Assembly (NCBI GenBank): GCA_034722055.1
Contig: JAYENL010000130.1
Location: 3,772-67,771 of the forward strand
Length of the DNA stretch: 64,000 nucleotides
Direction: 5' to 3'
Source of the DNA: Armatimonadota bacterium
GTDB taxonomy: Bacteria; Armatimonadota; Zipacnadia; Zipacnadales; UBA5352
The notes under the pieces were generated by a model. It was not told the origin of the DNA and did not search any database. It saw only the letters and a program-made list of their open reading frames with translations. This document shows, one piece after another, positions 20,507-29,271 of this stretch (its first letter is position 1; the number at the start of each line of letters is the position of its first letter). The position numbers were made by a program, and so were the translations under genes.

Positions 20507-20541
20507 GACTTGAATCCCCCTTCTCGCCGGTTCCGGACACG

Positions 20542-21837
20542 TCAGCGCTCATCCGACAGCCCGTGGATGCTCGCCCCCCGCTGGTGCAGCCGCAGGCGAA
20601 GCTGGTCCGCGTCCACGGCGCGCACGTCACCCGTCGCCAGCGCCATCTGCGCCGCGCAGCCGGCCGCCTCGCCGATGGCCATTACGATGGGCATCACGCG
20701 CAGCGAGCTGTGCGCCCCGTGGTCGCACGAGACGCAGCGGGCGGCGATGAGCAGGTTCTCGAAGCCACGCGGCGTCAGGCAGCGGTACGGGATGTCGTAG
20801 GCCTCGCCCGGCGGCAGCCGCTTGATGACCGTCCCGCTGCCCGCCGGGTTGTGGATGTCCACGCAGTACGAGCCGCGGGCGATGCCGTCATCGAAGGTGC
20901 GCGCCGCCAGCACGTCCTCGGTGGTCAGCACGTAGTCGCCCATCACCCGCCGGCTCTCGCGCACGCCGATCTGCGGCGCGATCTCCTGCAGCCAGGCCTC
21001 CTCGAAGCCCGACACCTCCCGGGTGAGGAAGCGCACCATCTCGCGCACCTGCCGCCGCGCCTGCAGCTCCGCGTGGGTCATGTCCTCGGCGTTGGTGGGA
21101 TCATGCTTCACTATCCGTGTAGTGTTGAGATGCACCTCGTTTTCGTGCGTCGTGAAGAAAAAAAGGACGTTCTCGCGCGGGTTGTCGATCTCCCCGCGCT
21201 CCCTGGCGGCGTCGTAGAGCTCAGTGATGTCGCCGCGCGAGGGCACGCGGTCGAGGTCCACATTCACCATGCGGAAGCACAGCGTCATGGGCTGGCAGAG
21301 GCCGTCCTCCTCCCGGCCGATCTCGACCTCCGCCCCGGCCCGGGCCGCCAGATCGCCGTCGCCCGTGGCGTCGATGAACACCTCGCCCTTGACCTGCTGC
21401 AGCCCGGACTTGCTCAGCGTGGCGATCCTGCTTACTCGACCGTCGCGGGTGTCTACGTGCGCCAGCATGGTGTGCAGACGCAGCCGCACGTCCGCCTCCT
21501 CGCACAGATCATCGGCCACCAACTTGAGCAGCTCGTCGTCGAAGGCGCTGCCCTGCCGGGGGCCCGCCCAGCCGCCGTAGTCGTCGAGCCGCTCGATGAT
21601 GCGCTCGAACAGCCCCCGGATGATGGGCTTGCCGCCCGCGTGCCAGGTCATGAAGGGGTTGACCAGCCCTGCTGTGGCCATCCCGCCCAGGAAGCCGTAG
21701 CGCTCGATCAGCAGCGTGTCAGCGCCCTCCTCAGCGGCGGCCACCGCCGCGCACAATCCACCCGGCCCACCGCCCACCACCACGACCTCGGCCTCCGCTG
21801 CCACCTCAAGGGCGTCGAAGCTCACGGCGTCGCTCAT
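20542..21837 (-). CDS. FAD-dependent oxidoreductase
   Basis: VVVGGGPGG, LGGMATAG, IDATGDGDL, GVRESRR, YDIPYRCL; start overlaps the MNT stop (ATGA). Confidence 0.9.
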   Translation of the reverse strand: MSDAVSFDALEVAAEAEVVVVGGGPGGLCAAVAAAEEGADTLLIERYGFLGGMATAGLVNPFMTWHAGGKPIIRGLFERIIERLDDYGGWAGPRQGSAFDDELLKLVADDLCEEADVRLRLHTMLAHVDTRDGRVSRIATLSKSGLQQVKGEVFIDATGDGDLAARAGAEVEIGREEDGLCQPMTLCFRMVNVDLDRVPSRGDITELYDAARERGEIDNPRENVLFFFTTHENEVHLNTTRIVKHDPTNAEDMTHAELQARRQVREMVRFLTREVSGFEEAWLQEIAPQIGVRESRRVMGDYVLTTEDVLAARTFDDGIARGSYCVDIHNPAGSGTVIKRLPPGEAYDIPYRCLTPRGFENLLIAARCVSCDHGAHSSLRVMPIVMAIGEAAGCAAQMALATGDVRAVDADQLRLRLHQRGASIHGLSDER

Positions 21838-22184
21838 GTCTGGGGCTCCTCGCATTCGAGATCAACGTGAATGCGTATTCCGCGCTCTGCCGCCTCGCGT
21901 GCCAGCGAGTTCCACTCCTGCATCTCCTCGAAGTGCTGAGGCGTGCAGGGCAGCAGCTCGAGCTGCAGGTCCAGCTTCCACTCCCGCTGCAGCTCCGGGA
22001 GCAGCTTGCCCAGCGGGCGCCCCTCGAAGCTCTCGGAGAGCAGCACCAGGTTCAGGTCCGAGTGCGGGCGCTCGTCCCCGCGCGCCCGTGAGCCGAAGAA
22101 GATGGCGTCCTCCACACCCACCCGGCGCAGGAACCGCCGAATCTCCTCGATCAGCTCTTCGCGTTGTACTGTGTCTCGATCCAC
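21834..22184 (-). CDS. Minimal nucleotidyltransferase (MNT, MntA-like antitoxin) with a DxN motif
   Basis: FGSRARGDERPHSDLN (GSx10DxD variant). Confidence 0.85.
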   Translation of the reverse strand: MDRDTVQREELIEEIRRFLRRVGVEDAIFFGSRARGDERPHSDLNLVLLSESFEGRPLGKLLPELQREWKLDLQLELLPCTPQHFEEMQEWNSLAREAAERGIRIHVDLECEEPQT

Positions 22185-22549
22185 TCGAAGGCCTCCTGAG
22201 CCATCGCCACGGCCTCGCGCGCATCCTCGGGCTCGAAGCGCTCCGAGGGCGGCCCGCCGGCGGCGTCCACGTAGCGGGTGGACATGTAGAAGGGGTTCAG
22301 CCTCTTAATGATTGCCCACATGTCGTCGGGTATCCTGCCGAACACGTCGTGAACCATCGCCTGCAGGGAGTGCTCGTGGGGCATGGGGCGGTCCTTGAGG
22401 ATGGGGTAGCCGCACTTGAGGAGCTTCTCAACGGCCTGCCGGGCGTGGAAGATGGCGTGGCTGGGGATGTCGTGCCGGGAGAGCAGCCGGGCCGCCTCCA
22501 GGTCGATCCGCGCATCGGCGATCCACGACCGCTCCCGCTCGGAGAGCAT
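22151..22549 (-). CDS. HEPN domain protein
   Basis: AIFHARQAVEKLLK, HEHSL, FYMSTRY motifs. Confidence 0.88.
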   Translation of the reverse strand: MLSERERSWIADARIDLEAARLLSRHDIPSHAIFHARQAVEKLLKCGYPILKDRPMPHEHSLQAMVHDVFGRIPDDMWAIIKRLNPFYMSTRYVDAAGGPPSERFEPEDAREAVAMAQEAFEWIETQYNAKS

Positions 22550-22552
22550 CCC

Positions 22553-23640
22553 TCACGCGTCCTCGCCGGCTCCACCGACCGCTTCCCCGCCGCTCGCGCA
22601 GCCGGGCTTCCGCCGTGTCATCGACAGCCCGAAGGCGTCGGCCGATACCGTCGCGTCCGCCAGCGCGGTCTTCGGCAGCATCTCCTGGAGCTTCACCACC
22701 GTGTAGGCCGCTTTCAGCGAGCTGGCGAAGCCCGCCTTCAGCTCCCGGCTGGTCATCAGCTTCATGAACCAAGCGATCACCGGGTTGATGTCGCACCGCA
22801 GGTCGCCGAGGCAGTACGCACCGCCCGGCTTGAGCCCCCGCGCGATCTCGTCGAAGACGCGCTCCGGCTCGGCCCACTCATGCGGCGACCCGTTGCTGAA
22901 CGCGCCATCGAAGGTGGCGTCCTCGAAGGGCATCGCCAGGGCATTCCCCTCCATGAACTCGGCGCGCTTAGTGATCCCGTACTCCTGGGCGTTGCGCTGC
23001 GCGACGGCGATCATCGCCGGGCTGATCTCCAAACCGTGCAGACGCGTCCCGTCCGTCGCCTTCAGCCACTCCAGGCCCAGGTAGCCCGGCCCGGGGCCGA
23101 CCTCCAGCACGAGGCTCGAATCTACGCCCGCGCCGATGGTCTCCCGGGTGTGCATTAGCCCCCGGTCACGCATGCTGCGCTGGAAGCGGTCTGCCCTCGT
23201 CGGTCTCCACTAGTGCTCACTTCCGCAATTCCGCGTACCTTGACGACGGGCACAGTCGGCGCTCGGTTGCCTCAAAAACCCACCGGCTCCGGTGGAGGGG
23301 CCGCCGGGCGCGCAGCGCCCGGTGAGGCCTGTGACTGAGACTTCGTAGAAGTCTCCCAGCGAATAGGCCTCAGGTTCCACCCCGGCCCGGTGGATAGCTC
23401 TACCCAGGGGCTGAACGGCGCGCAGGCGGGGGCGCCCGCGCTGATGGTCGGGCTGGAAGCCCGTGAGACCGAAGGTCTCCAGTGGGCCGGGGTGGAACCT
23501 GCGCGGTCAGTCGCTACCGCTCCTGATCGCGCCCCGCTCGCTTCGCTCGCGGCGGCCCCTCCATGGCGGGCACGCCTCTTGTCGGGACGTAGGAAGCTAC
23601 GCGAACTTCTGCGACTTAGCACTAAACGCGGCTTGATCAT
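22553..23640 (-). pseudogene. Class I SAM-dependent methyltransferase split by a MITE-like insertion and frameshifted
   Basis: The body (22553-23173) has VLEVGPGPG, GNALAMPF, LKPGG. The 5' end GGAGG-ATG MIKPRL (23640-23623) lies across the 23211-23624 element. Removing the element gives MIKPRLVETDEG, which is out of frame with the body. Confidence 0.75.
23211..23624. mobile_element. MITE-like non-autonomous element, copy 1
   Basis: Ends TAGTGCT...AGCACTA; flanking TA duplication; nested perfect inverted repeats; homologous copy at 28910-29271. Confidence 0.75.
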
Positions 23641-23684
23641 CGCTACGCCTCCCCGCTGTGAGTGTCACATCGCCGCCTATGCCT

Positions 23685-24548
23685 TCAGCCGTCATCGTCA
23701 GAGGTGTCCTCGTCGCCCGGCTCGTCATCGAGACCGGCGTCCTCAGGGACGTCGCCCGCAGTTGGCAGCCCGCTCTCAGGCAGCTGCTCGCCCACCCATT
23801 CGAGGACGCTCTCCATCGCCACGAGCGCGCTCTCCGCGTCAAGCTCGTTGTAGTATGTCGTCGGCGACGGAATGACCTCCGTTGGGTACCGGGTCAGGAT
23901 GTAGTACGCCTCAAGCTCCCTGAGTGGGCCCTTGACCTCGCCTGGGACATCGCCGAACGCGGTCTCCGCCAGCTCGTGCAGCGCGTGGGTTCGAGGAGGT
24001 TCCTCAGCGCGCAGCTCGACACAGGCCGCCTTCAGGGCGGCCTCCACTGCCTGTCGCGCATGATAGATTGCCTGGCTGAAGACGTTGGCTTCACTCAGTA
24101 GCCGTGCTACCCGCCGGTTCGTGCCAGCTTCCGTCAGCCAGTTCTTTGTCTCTGGCCGCATTCTCTCACCTCCCGGCTCGGGCGGTGGCTGGTGCTCCAC
24201 AATGGCGCCGTCACCGTCACCACGCAACGTGATGTGGATACCGGTCCTGGCCGCGGCTCGTTCGATGCCAAGGCCCCTTTTCGCCCGCTCGAACTCCTCG
24301 GGCGTGTAGGCGAGGACTTCCAGGAAGGGTAGCTCCGGGTCCCACTCGGAATGCAGAGGCGCGAGGCGCCGGTGAGGAGGCGTATCCGCGAACCGCGGCG
24401 AGATCACCATCAGGTCCACGTCGCTGCTCTTGATGTGATCCCCACGCGCTCGCGACCCGTAGAGGATGGCCTCAGTGACGCCGACGCGCCGCATGAACTC
24501 CTGCACGACCTCGATCAGCTCGTCTCGAGTAAGCGTCCGGACAGGCAC
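23685..24548 (-). CDS. Fused MNT-HEPN protein
   Basis: N-terminal YGSRARGDHIKSSDVD; C-terminal AIYHARQAVEAALK, RTHAL, YILTRYP; acidic tail. Confidence 0.88.
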   Translation of the reverse strand: MPVRTLTRDELIEVVQEFMRRVGVTEAILYGSRARGDHIKSSDVDLMVISPRFADTPPHRRLAPLHSEWDPELPFLEVLAYTPEEFERAKRGLGIERAAARTGIHITLRGDGDGAIVEHQPPPEPGGERMRPETKNWLTEAGTNRRVARLLSEANVFSQAIYHARQAVEAALKAACVELRAEEPPRTHALHELAETAFGDVPGEVKGPLRELEAYYILTRYPTEVIPSPTTYYNELDAESALVAMESVLEWVGEQLPESGLPTAGDVPEDAGLDDEPGDEDTSDDDG

Positions 24549-24591
24549 GCGAGCACCTCCCGCGCATCCTCGATGGCTCGCTGAATCACTG

Positions 24592-26034
24592 TCACTGCAG
24601 CTTCTCCCGCATGATCTCGTTGACCATCTGCGGGTTCGCCTGGCCCTGCGTGGCCTTCATGACCTGGCCGATGAGGAAGCCGATGGCCTTGTCCTTGCCG
24701 CTGCGGAACTGCTCCGCCGGCCCGGGGTTGTCGGCGATCACCTGCTCGATGATCCCCTCCAGCTCGCCGGCGTCGGAGATCTGCTCCAGCCCCTCCTCCT
24801 CCACGATCTCCCGCGGGCCCCTGCCGGTCTCGAACATCGTCGCCAGCACGTCCTTGGCGATCTTCCCGGAGATGACGTCCTCCTCTATCAGCGTCAGCAG
24901 CTCTGCCAGGCCCTGGGAGGAGATGGGACTCTCGGTGATGCTTACGCCGGCCTCGTTGAGCAGGCTCATGACATCGCCCATCAGCCAGTTGCTGACGGTC
25001 TTGGCCGCTCCCTGGAAGTGCTCGCAGGTATCCTCGAAGAAGTCGGCCAGCTCCCGGCTCTCGGTGAGCACCTCAGCGTCATACTCAGGCAGACCATACT
25101 GCTCGCACAGCCGCCTGCAGCGCTCGGCGGGCAACTCCGGGCAGCTCTCGATGATCTCCTGCACCCACTCCGGATCCGGCTCCAGCGGCACCAGGTCCGG
25201 CTCCGGGAAGTACATGTAGTCGTCGGAGGTCTCCTTGCGCCGCATCAGCGTCGTCACGCCCTTATCCTCATCCCAGCGCCGCGTCTGCTGGAACAGCTCC
25301 TCCTCCCGGCCCTCCCGCACCGCACGCCGCTGGCGCTCGATCTCGTACTTCACGGCCTCGTAGACCGAGCGGATGGAGTTGAGGTTCTTGATCTCCACCT
25401 TCGGCGTGGCCTCACCGGTCTGGGGATCACGCAGGTTGACGGTGGGCTCGGCGCGCATGGCGCCCTCCTCCATGTTCGCGTTCGAGACCCCGAGGCAGCG
25501 CAGGATCAGCCGAAGCTGCGTGAGGTACTCCCGGCACTGCTCGGCGGTGGTGAAATCCGGCTCCGTCACCACCTCCATCAGCGGGATGCCGCAGCGGTTG
25601 TACTCCACCAGCGACGAGCCGCTGGGCAGGTGGATGTTCTTGCCGGTGTCCTCCTCCAGATGCGCCCGGCGGATGCCGATGCGCACCTCCTCCCCGTCCA
25701 CGGTCAGGTCGATGTAGCCGTCATGCGTCAGCGGCTCATCATACTGCGAGATCTGGAAATTCTTGGGCAGGTCGGGGTAGAAGTAGTTCTTGCGCGCGAA
25801 GCGGCAGCGCTCCGCCACCTGGCAGTGCAGCGCCACCCCGGTGCGGATGGTGTACTCCACCGCAGTGCGGTTCGGCACCGGCAGCGAGCCGGGCAGCCCC
25901 AGGCAGGTAGGGCACACGTTGGAGTTCGGCTCAGCCCCGAACTCCGTCGAGCACTGGCAGAACATCTTCGACTTGGTGTCGAGCTGAGCGTGCACCTCAA
26001 GGCCGATCATGGGCTCAAGCGCCATGCCTATCAC
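24592..26034 (-). CDS. gatB: Asp-tRNA(Asn)/Glu-tRNA(Gln) amidotransferase subunit B
   Basis: IGLEVHAQL, RKNYFYPDLPK, HLEEDTGK, EVVTEPD, VEIKNLNS, YFPEPDL, GQVMK. Confidence 0.97.
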   Translation of the reverse strand: MIGMALEPMIGLEVHAQLDTKSKMFCQCSTEFGAEPNSNVCPTCLGLPGSLPVPNRTAVEYTIRTGVALHCQVAERCRFARKNYFYPDLPKNFQISQYDEPLTHDGYIDLTVDGEEVRIGIRRAHLEEDTGKNIHLPSGSSLVEYNRCGIPLMEVVTEPDFTTAEQCREYLTQLRLILRCLGVSNANMEEGAMRAEPTVNLRDPQTGEATPKVEIKNLNSIRSVYEAVKYEIERQRRAVREGREEELFQQTRRWDEDKGVTTLMRRKETSDDYMYFPEPDLVPLEPDPEWVQEIIESCPELPAERCRRLCEQYGLPEYDAEVLTESRELADFFEDTCEHFQGAAKTVSNWLMGDVMSLLNEAGVSITESPISSQGLAELLTLIEEDVISGKIAKDVLATMFETGRGPREIVEEEGLEQISDAGELEGIIEQVIADNPGPAEQFRSGKDKAIGFLIGQVMKATQGQANPQMVNEIMREKLQ

Positions 26035-26181
26035 CTGCGAAGGGCAGCAATTGGGAATGCGCGGCGCTCGCGTTCCGAGCGCAACACGAGTAGCAGTCTA
26101 CAACGTGCGCGACCGATCATTCGGCTGCCTGGTATGATACACCGCGGGAGGGAGGGTTGTCGAGGGAGCGGTCCGCTGCGA

Positions 26182-27768
26182 CTATTCCCCGCCCTTGGGC
26201 CCTCCGTATTCCCGCGCCACGTGTATCGGCGGGTCCGTGCCGATCTGCTCGATGCTCTCGAAGCGGAACTCGCGCTGCCAGTCCTCCGGCGTCTTGAGCA
26301 CCAGCACCGCCGGACGGCCCAGCAGCTTCGGGTCCGTCAGGTCCGTGTCCTCGAAGTAGTCGTACTGCGAGCCCCGGCGGCCCACATAGCGGCCCGCGCC
26401 GTAGACCGTCGGCCTTCCCGGCAGATAGTAGGCGAGCTGGCTGGCCCTCCCGTATGAGGCCGCCGCCACGAAGGGCTGCTCCCCCGTGCGCTCCCGCAGC
26501 AGCGCCATCGCATCCTCCACCCGCCCGGCCAGGCGTCTCGCGCCCACGATGCGATACATCGGCACATACTCGCCGAGCACCGGCAGCTTCGCGTAGACCT
26601 GCGGGAACATCAGCAGGCTCAGCGTGAAGAGCCCGAAGCCGATCGTCCAGCGCCAGGCGCTGATGAGCCGCGGTCGCGGCCCCTCGATGACCGTCAGCTC
26701 CGCCGCCAGCACCACCAGCGTGGCGTAGCCGGCGACCGGCCAGTTCGCCTCCACTCGCGAGACCAGCGACACCGCGAACATGAAGCCCAGCATCACCAGC
26801 CCGCAGCAGAGCATAAGGAGCCGGTGCGGCCATTTCCCGGGCTCATCCCACCGCGAGCGGACGGCCCGGAGCGCGGCCATGACGATGAGCACCAGCGCAG
26901 GGGGCCCCACGACGCCGATCTGTGACAGGAGCAGATCCGCCGCCGAGAAGCCGCCGAAGGGCCACGTCCACTGGGTGGGCACATCCCCGCCCGGCGCGCC
27001 GAGGTGCCCCAGCTCGTGCCTCACCGCCGGCCAGCCGTGGCGCGCATTCCAGATGAAGAAGGGGCTCATGGCCGCCAGCATGACCGCGGCCGTCAGCACC
27101 GCGCCCGCCGTCAGCCGCCGGTCCCAGGGCAGCTCCCGGCGGCGCAGTGCGCCGTAGATGATGAATCCCGGCGGCAGCAGCAGCATGGTGTATTTGAAGA
27201 GGAAGCCCACGCCAAGCGCCAGGCCCGTCAGCGCCCACAGGCCCCACGGCCTGTCCCCGGCCTCGTGCCGGGCGAAAGCGCGCCAGCCCCCCCAGGCTGC
27301 CAGCACCCAGCAGGCCACGAAAGGCCCGTCGATGGTCATGATCTGTGCCTCGGCCTGGTAGATGGGCACCAGGCACCAGGCCGCGGCGGCCAGGAGGCCG
27401 GCCCGCTCGTCGGAGGTCACGTCGATGGTCAGCCGAGCCAGCGCCAGGGCGCCGATGCCGGAGAAGATCGCGGCCGGCAGGCGGATCGCCCACTCCTCAT
27501 GGCCGAAGACGGTCGTGCTCAGCCAGACCGACCACGCTACGCCCGGCCCCTTAGAGTAGTAGGACAGCGCCGGGCGTCGCGCCCACTCCCAGTAGTGCGC
27601 CTCGTCCTGCACCAGATCCCACTCGCACAGGAAGATCAGATAAGTGACGCGCAGGGCCAGCAGGCCCAGCACCAGCACCAGCGTGGCCCGCCAGTCGGCC
27701 CACGCCAGCCAGGGCCGCTCAAGCGCGTTCTCCTCCTGTGGCGTTGTCCGCACCTTGTGCTGCCGCAT
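26182..27768 (-). CDS. ArnT/PMT-like glycosyltransferase family 39 membrane protein
   Basis: QDEAHYWEW, YYSKGPG, IRLPA, KYTM, EANWP; multiple TMs; start uncertain. Confidence 0.85.
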   Translation of the reverse strand: MRQHKVRTTPQEENALERPWLAWADWRATLVLVLGLLALRVTYLIFLCEWDLVQDEAHYWEWARRPALSYYSKGPGVAWSVWLSTTVFGHEEWAIRLPAAIFSGIGALALARLTIDVTSDERAGLLAAAAWCLVPIYQAEAQIMTIDGPFVACWVLAAWGGWRAFARHEAGDRPWGLWALTGLALGVGFLFKYTMLLLPPGFIIYGALRRRELPWDRRLTAGAVLTAAVMLAAMSPFFIWNARHGWPAVRHELGHLGAPGGDVPTQWTWPFGGFSAADLLLSQIGVVGPPALVLIVMAALRAVRSRWDEPGKWPHRLLMLCCGLVMLGFMFAVSLVSRVEANWPVAGYATLVVLAAELTVIEGPRPRLISAWRWTIGFGLFTLSLLMFPQVYAKLPVLGEYVPMYRIVGARRLAGRVEDAMALLRERTGEQPFVAAASYGRASQLAYYLPGRPTVYGAGRYVGRRGSQYDYFEDTDLTDPKLLGRPAVLVLKTPEDWQREFRFESIEQIGTDPPIHVAREYGGPKGGE

Positions 27769-27928
27769 CAGCCGGCGTCCACCCGTCTCAGCCGCTCCGT
27801 CGCTCCGGACAGACAGATTACGCGCAACTGAGGCCGGGCGCAAGGCCAACACACGCGGCGCGGAGGCTCTGCGGCGGCCGACGGCGAAGTCAAACGTGAG
27901 TGCGCGACGCCACCCGAGGAGCGCGACC

Positions 27929-28912
27929 ATGCAGCAGCTCAGTTCGGGCGCCGAGGCCGCGCCCGACGTCTCCATCGTCATCCCGGTCTACAACGAGGAG
28001 GAGGCCATCCGCCCTCTGCACCAAGCGCTCGTGGACGCCCTCGATGACCTCGAGTGCGGATGGGAGGTCATCCTCGTCAACGATGGCAGCAGCGATGGCA
28101 GCGCCGAGCGCCTTGACGAGGTCGCGCAGGGCGATGCACGGTTCGTGGCCATCCACCTGCGCCGTAACTTCGGCCAGACAGCGGCCATGGCGGCCGGCTT
28201 CGATCACGCCCGCGGCCAGATCATCGTGGCCATGGACGCGGACCTGCAGAACGACCCTGCGGACATCCCCAGGCTGCTGGCGAAGATCGACGAGGCCTAC
28301 GATGTTGTCAGCGGCTGGCGGAAGAGCCGCAAGGACTCTTTCCTCACGCGCATCCTCCCCTCCAGGATCGCCAACTGGCTGATCTCCGCTGTCACGGGCG
28401 TGCGCCTGCATGACTACGGCTGCTCCCTGAAGGCTTATCGCCGCGAGATCCTTGAGGACGTGCAGCTTTATGGGGAGATGCACCGCTTCATCCCCGCCCT
28501 GGCGCACTGGGCGGGCGCACGCATCGCGGAGGTGGAGGTGGCGCATCACCCGCGGCAGTTCGGCGCCAGCAAGTATGGCCTCGCGCGGACCATCCGGGTC
28601 TTCCTGGACCTGCTGACGGTGAAGTTCCTGCTCAGCTACGCCACCCGGCCGATCCAGGTCTTCGGCAGGTGGGGGCTGCTCTCCGGCGCCATCGGCTTCA
28701 TCATGGCGGCCTGGCTGAGCTTCCGGAAGTTCTACTTCAGCGAGGACATCGGCAACCGTCCCGCGCTGCTGCTGGCGGTGCTGCTGATGCTGGTGGGGCT
28801 GCAGTTCATCACCATGGGCCTGCTGGCGGAGCTGCAGGCCCGCACCTACTACGAGGCCCAGGGCAAGCCCATCTACGCCATCCGCAGGATCACTCGCGAC
28901 GACGGACGCTAG
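27929..28912 (+). CDS. Glycosyltransferase family 2 (ArnC/GtrB-like polyprenyl-phosphate transferase)
   Basis: IPVYNEE, NDGSSD, RNFGQTAA, DADLQNDP, DYGCSLK, two C-terminal TMs; GAGGAG RBS. Confidence 0.92.
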   Translation: MQQLSSGAEAAPDVSIVIPVYNEEEAIRPLHQALVDALDDLECGWEVILVNDGSSDGSAERLDEVAQGDARFVAIHLRRNFGQTAAMAAGFDHARGQIIVAMDADLQNDPADIPRLLAKIDEAYDVVSGWRKSRKDSFLTRILPSRIANWLISAVTGVRLHDYGCSLKAYRREILEDVQLYGEMHRFIPALAHWAGARIAEVEVAHHPRQFGASKYGLARTIRVFLDLLTVKFLLSYATRPIQVFGRWGLLSGAIGFIMAAWLSFRKFYFSEDIGNRPALLLAVLLMLVGLQFITMGLLAELQARTYYEAQGKPIYAIRRITRDDGR

Positions 28913-29271
28913 TGGTGACTTGCGCAATTCCGCGTGCGTTGACGACGAGAAGCCTCGGCGCTTGGTTGCCTTGGAGATGAGCGGCTTGCTTGGTGGAGGG
29001 GCCGCCGGGCGCGCAGCGCCCGGCGAGACCCAGGGTCTCCGAAGGTTCCATGAACGGCGTGCAGGCGAGGGCGCCTGCACTACTTGACGGTTGGGCCGGG
29101 GTGGAACCTGAGCGGTGCGTTACAGAACGCATCGCTCCCCGGAGACGCTACGCGTCTCTCCCCGCCCCCACACCCCGCCCGCTCGCTTCGCTCGCGGCGG
29201 CCCCTCCATCGGGGGCGGAAGCGTGGCATCCTGGCGCCAGAAGATGCGCGAGCTTCCGCCACTGAGCGCTA
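28910..29271. mobile_element. MITE-like non-autonomous element, copy 2
   Basis: First 40 nt match copy 1 at 34 positions; 32-nt identical block GGTGGAGGGGCCGCCGGGCGCGCAGCGCCCGG; bounded by TA. Confidence 0.72.

Noticed and set aside
23211-23624. Structured element as a group II intron, tmRNA, RNase P RNA or known riboswitch
   Set aside because: No recognisable signature of these classes; TA-bounded ends and gene interruption fit a MITE better. An Rfam search was not possible.
23272-23640. 122-aa ORF MIKPRLVLSRR as an independent gene
   Set aside because: It is a chimera of the methyltransferase start and the inserted element.
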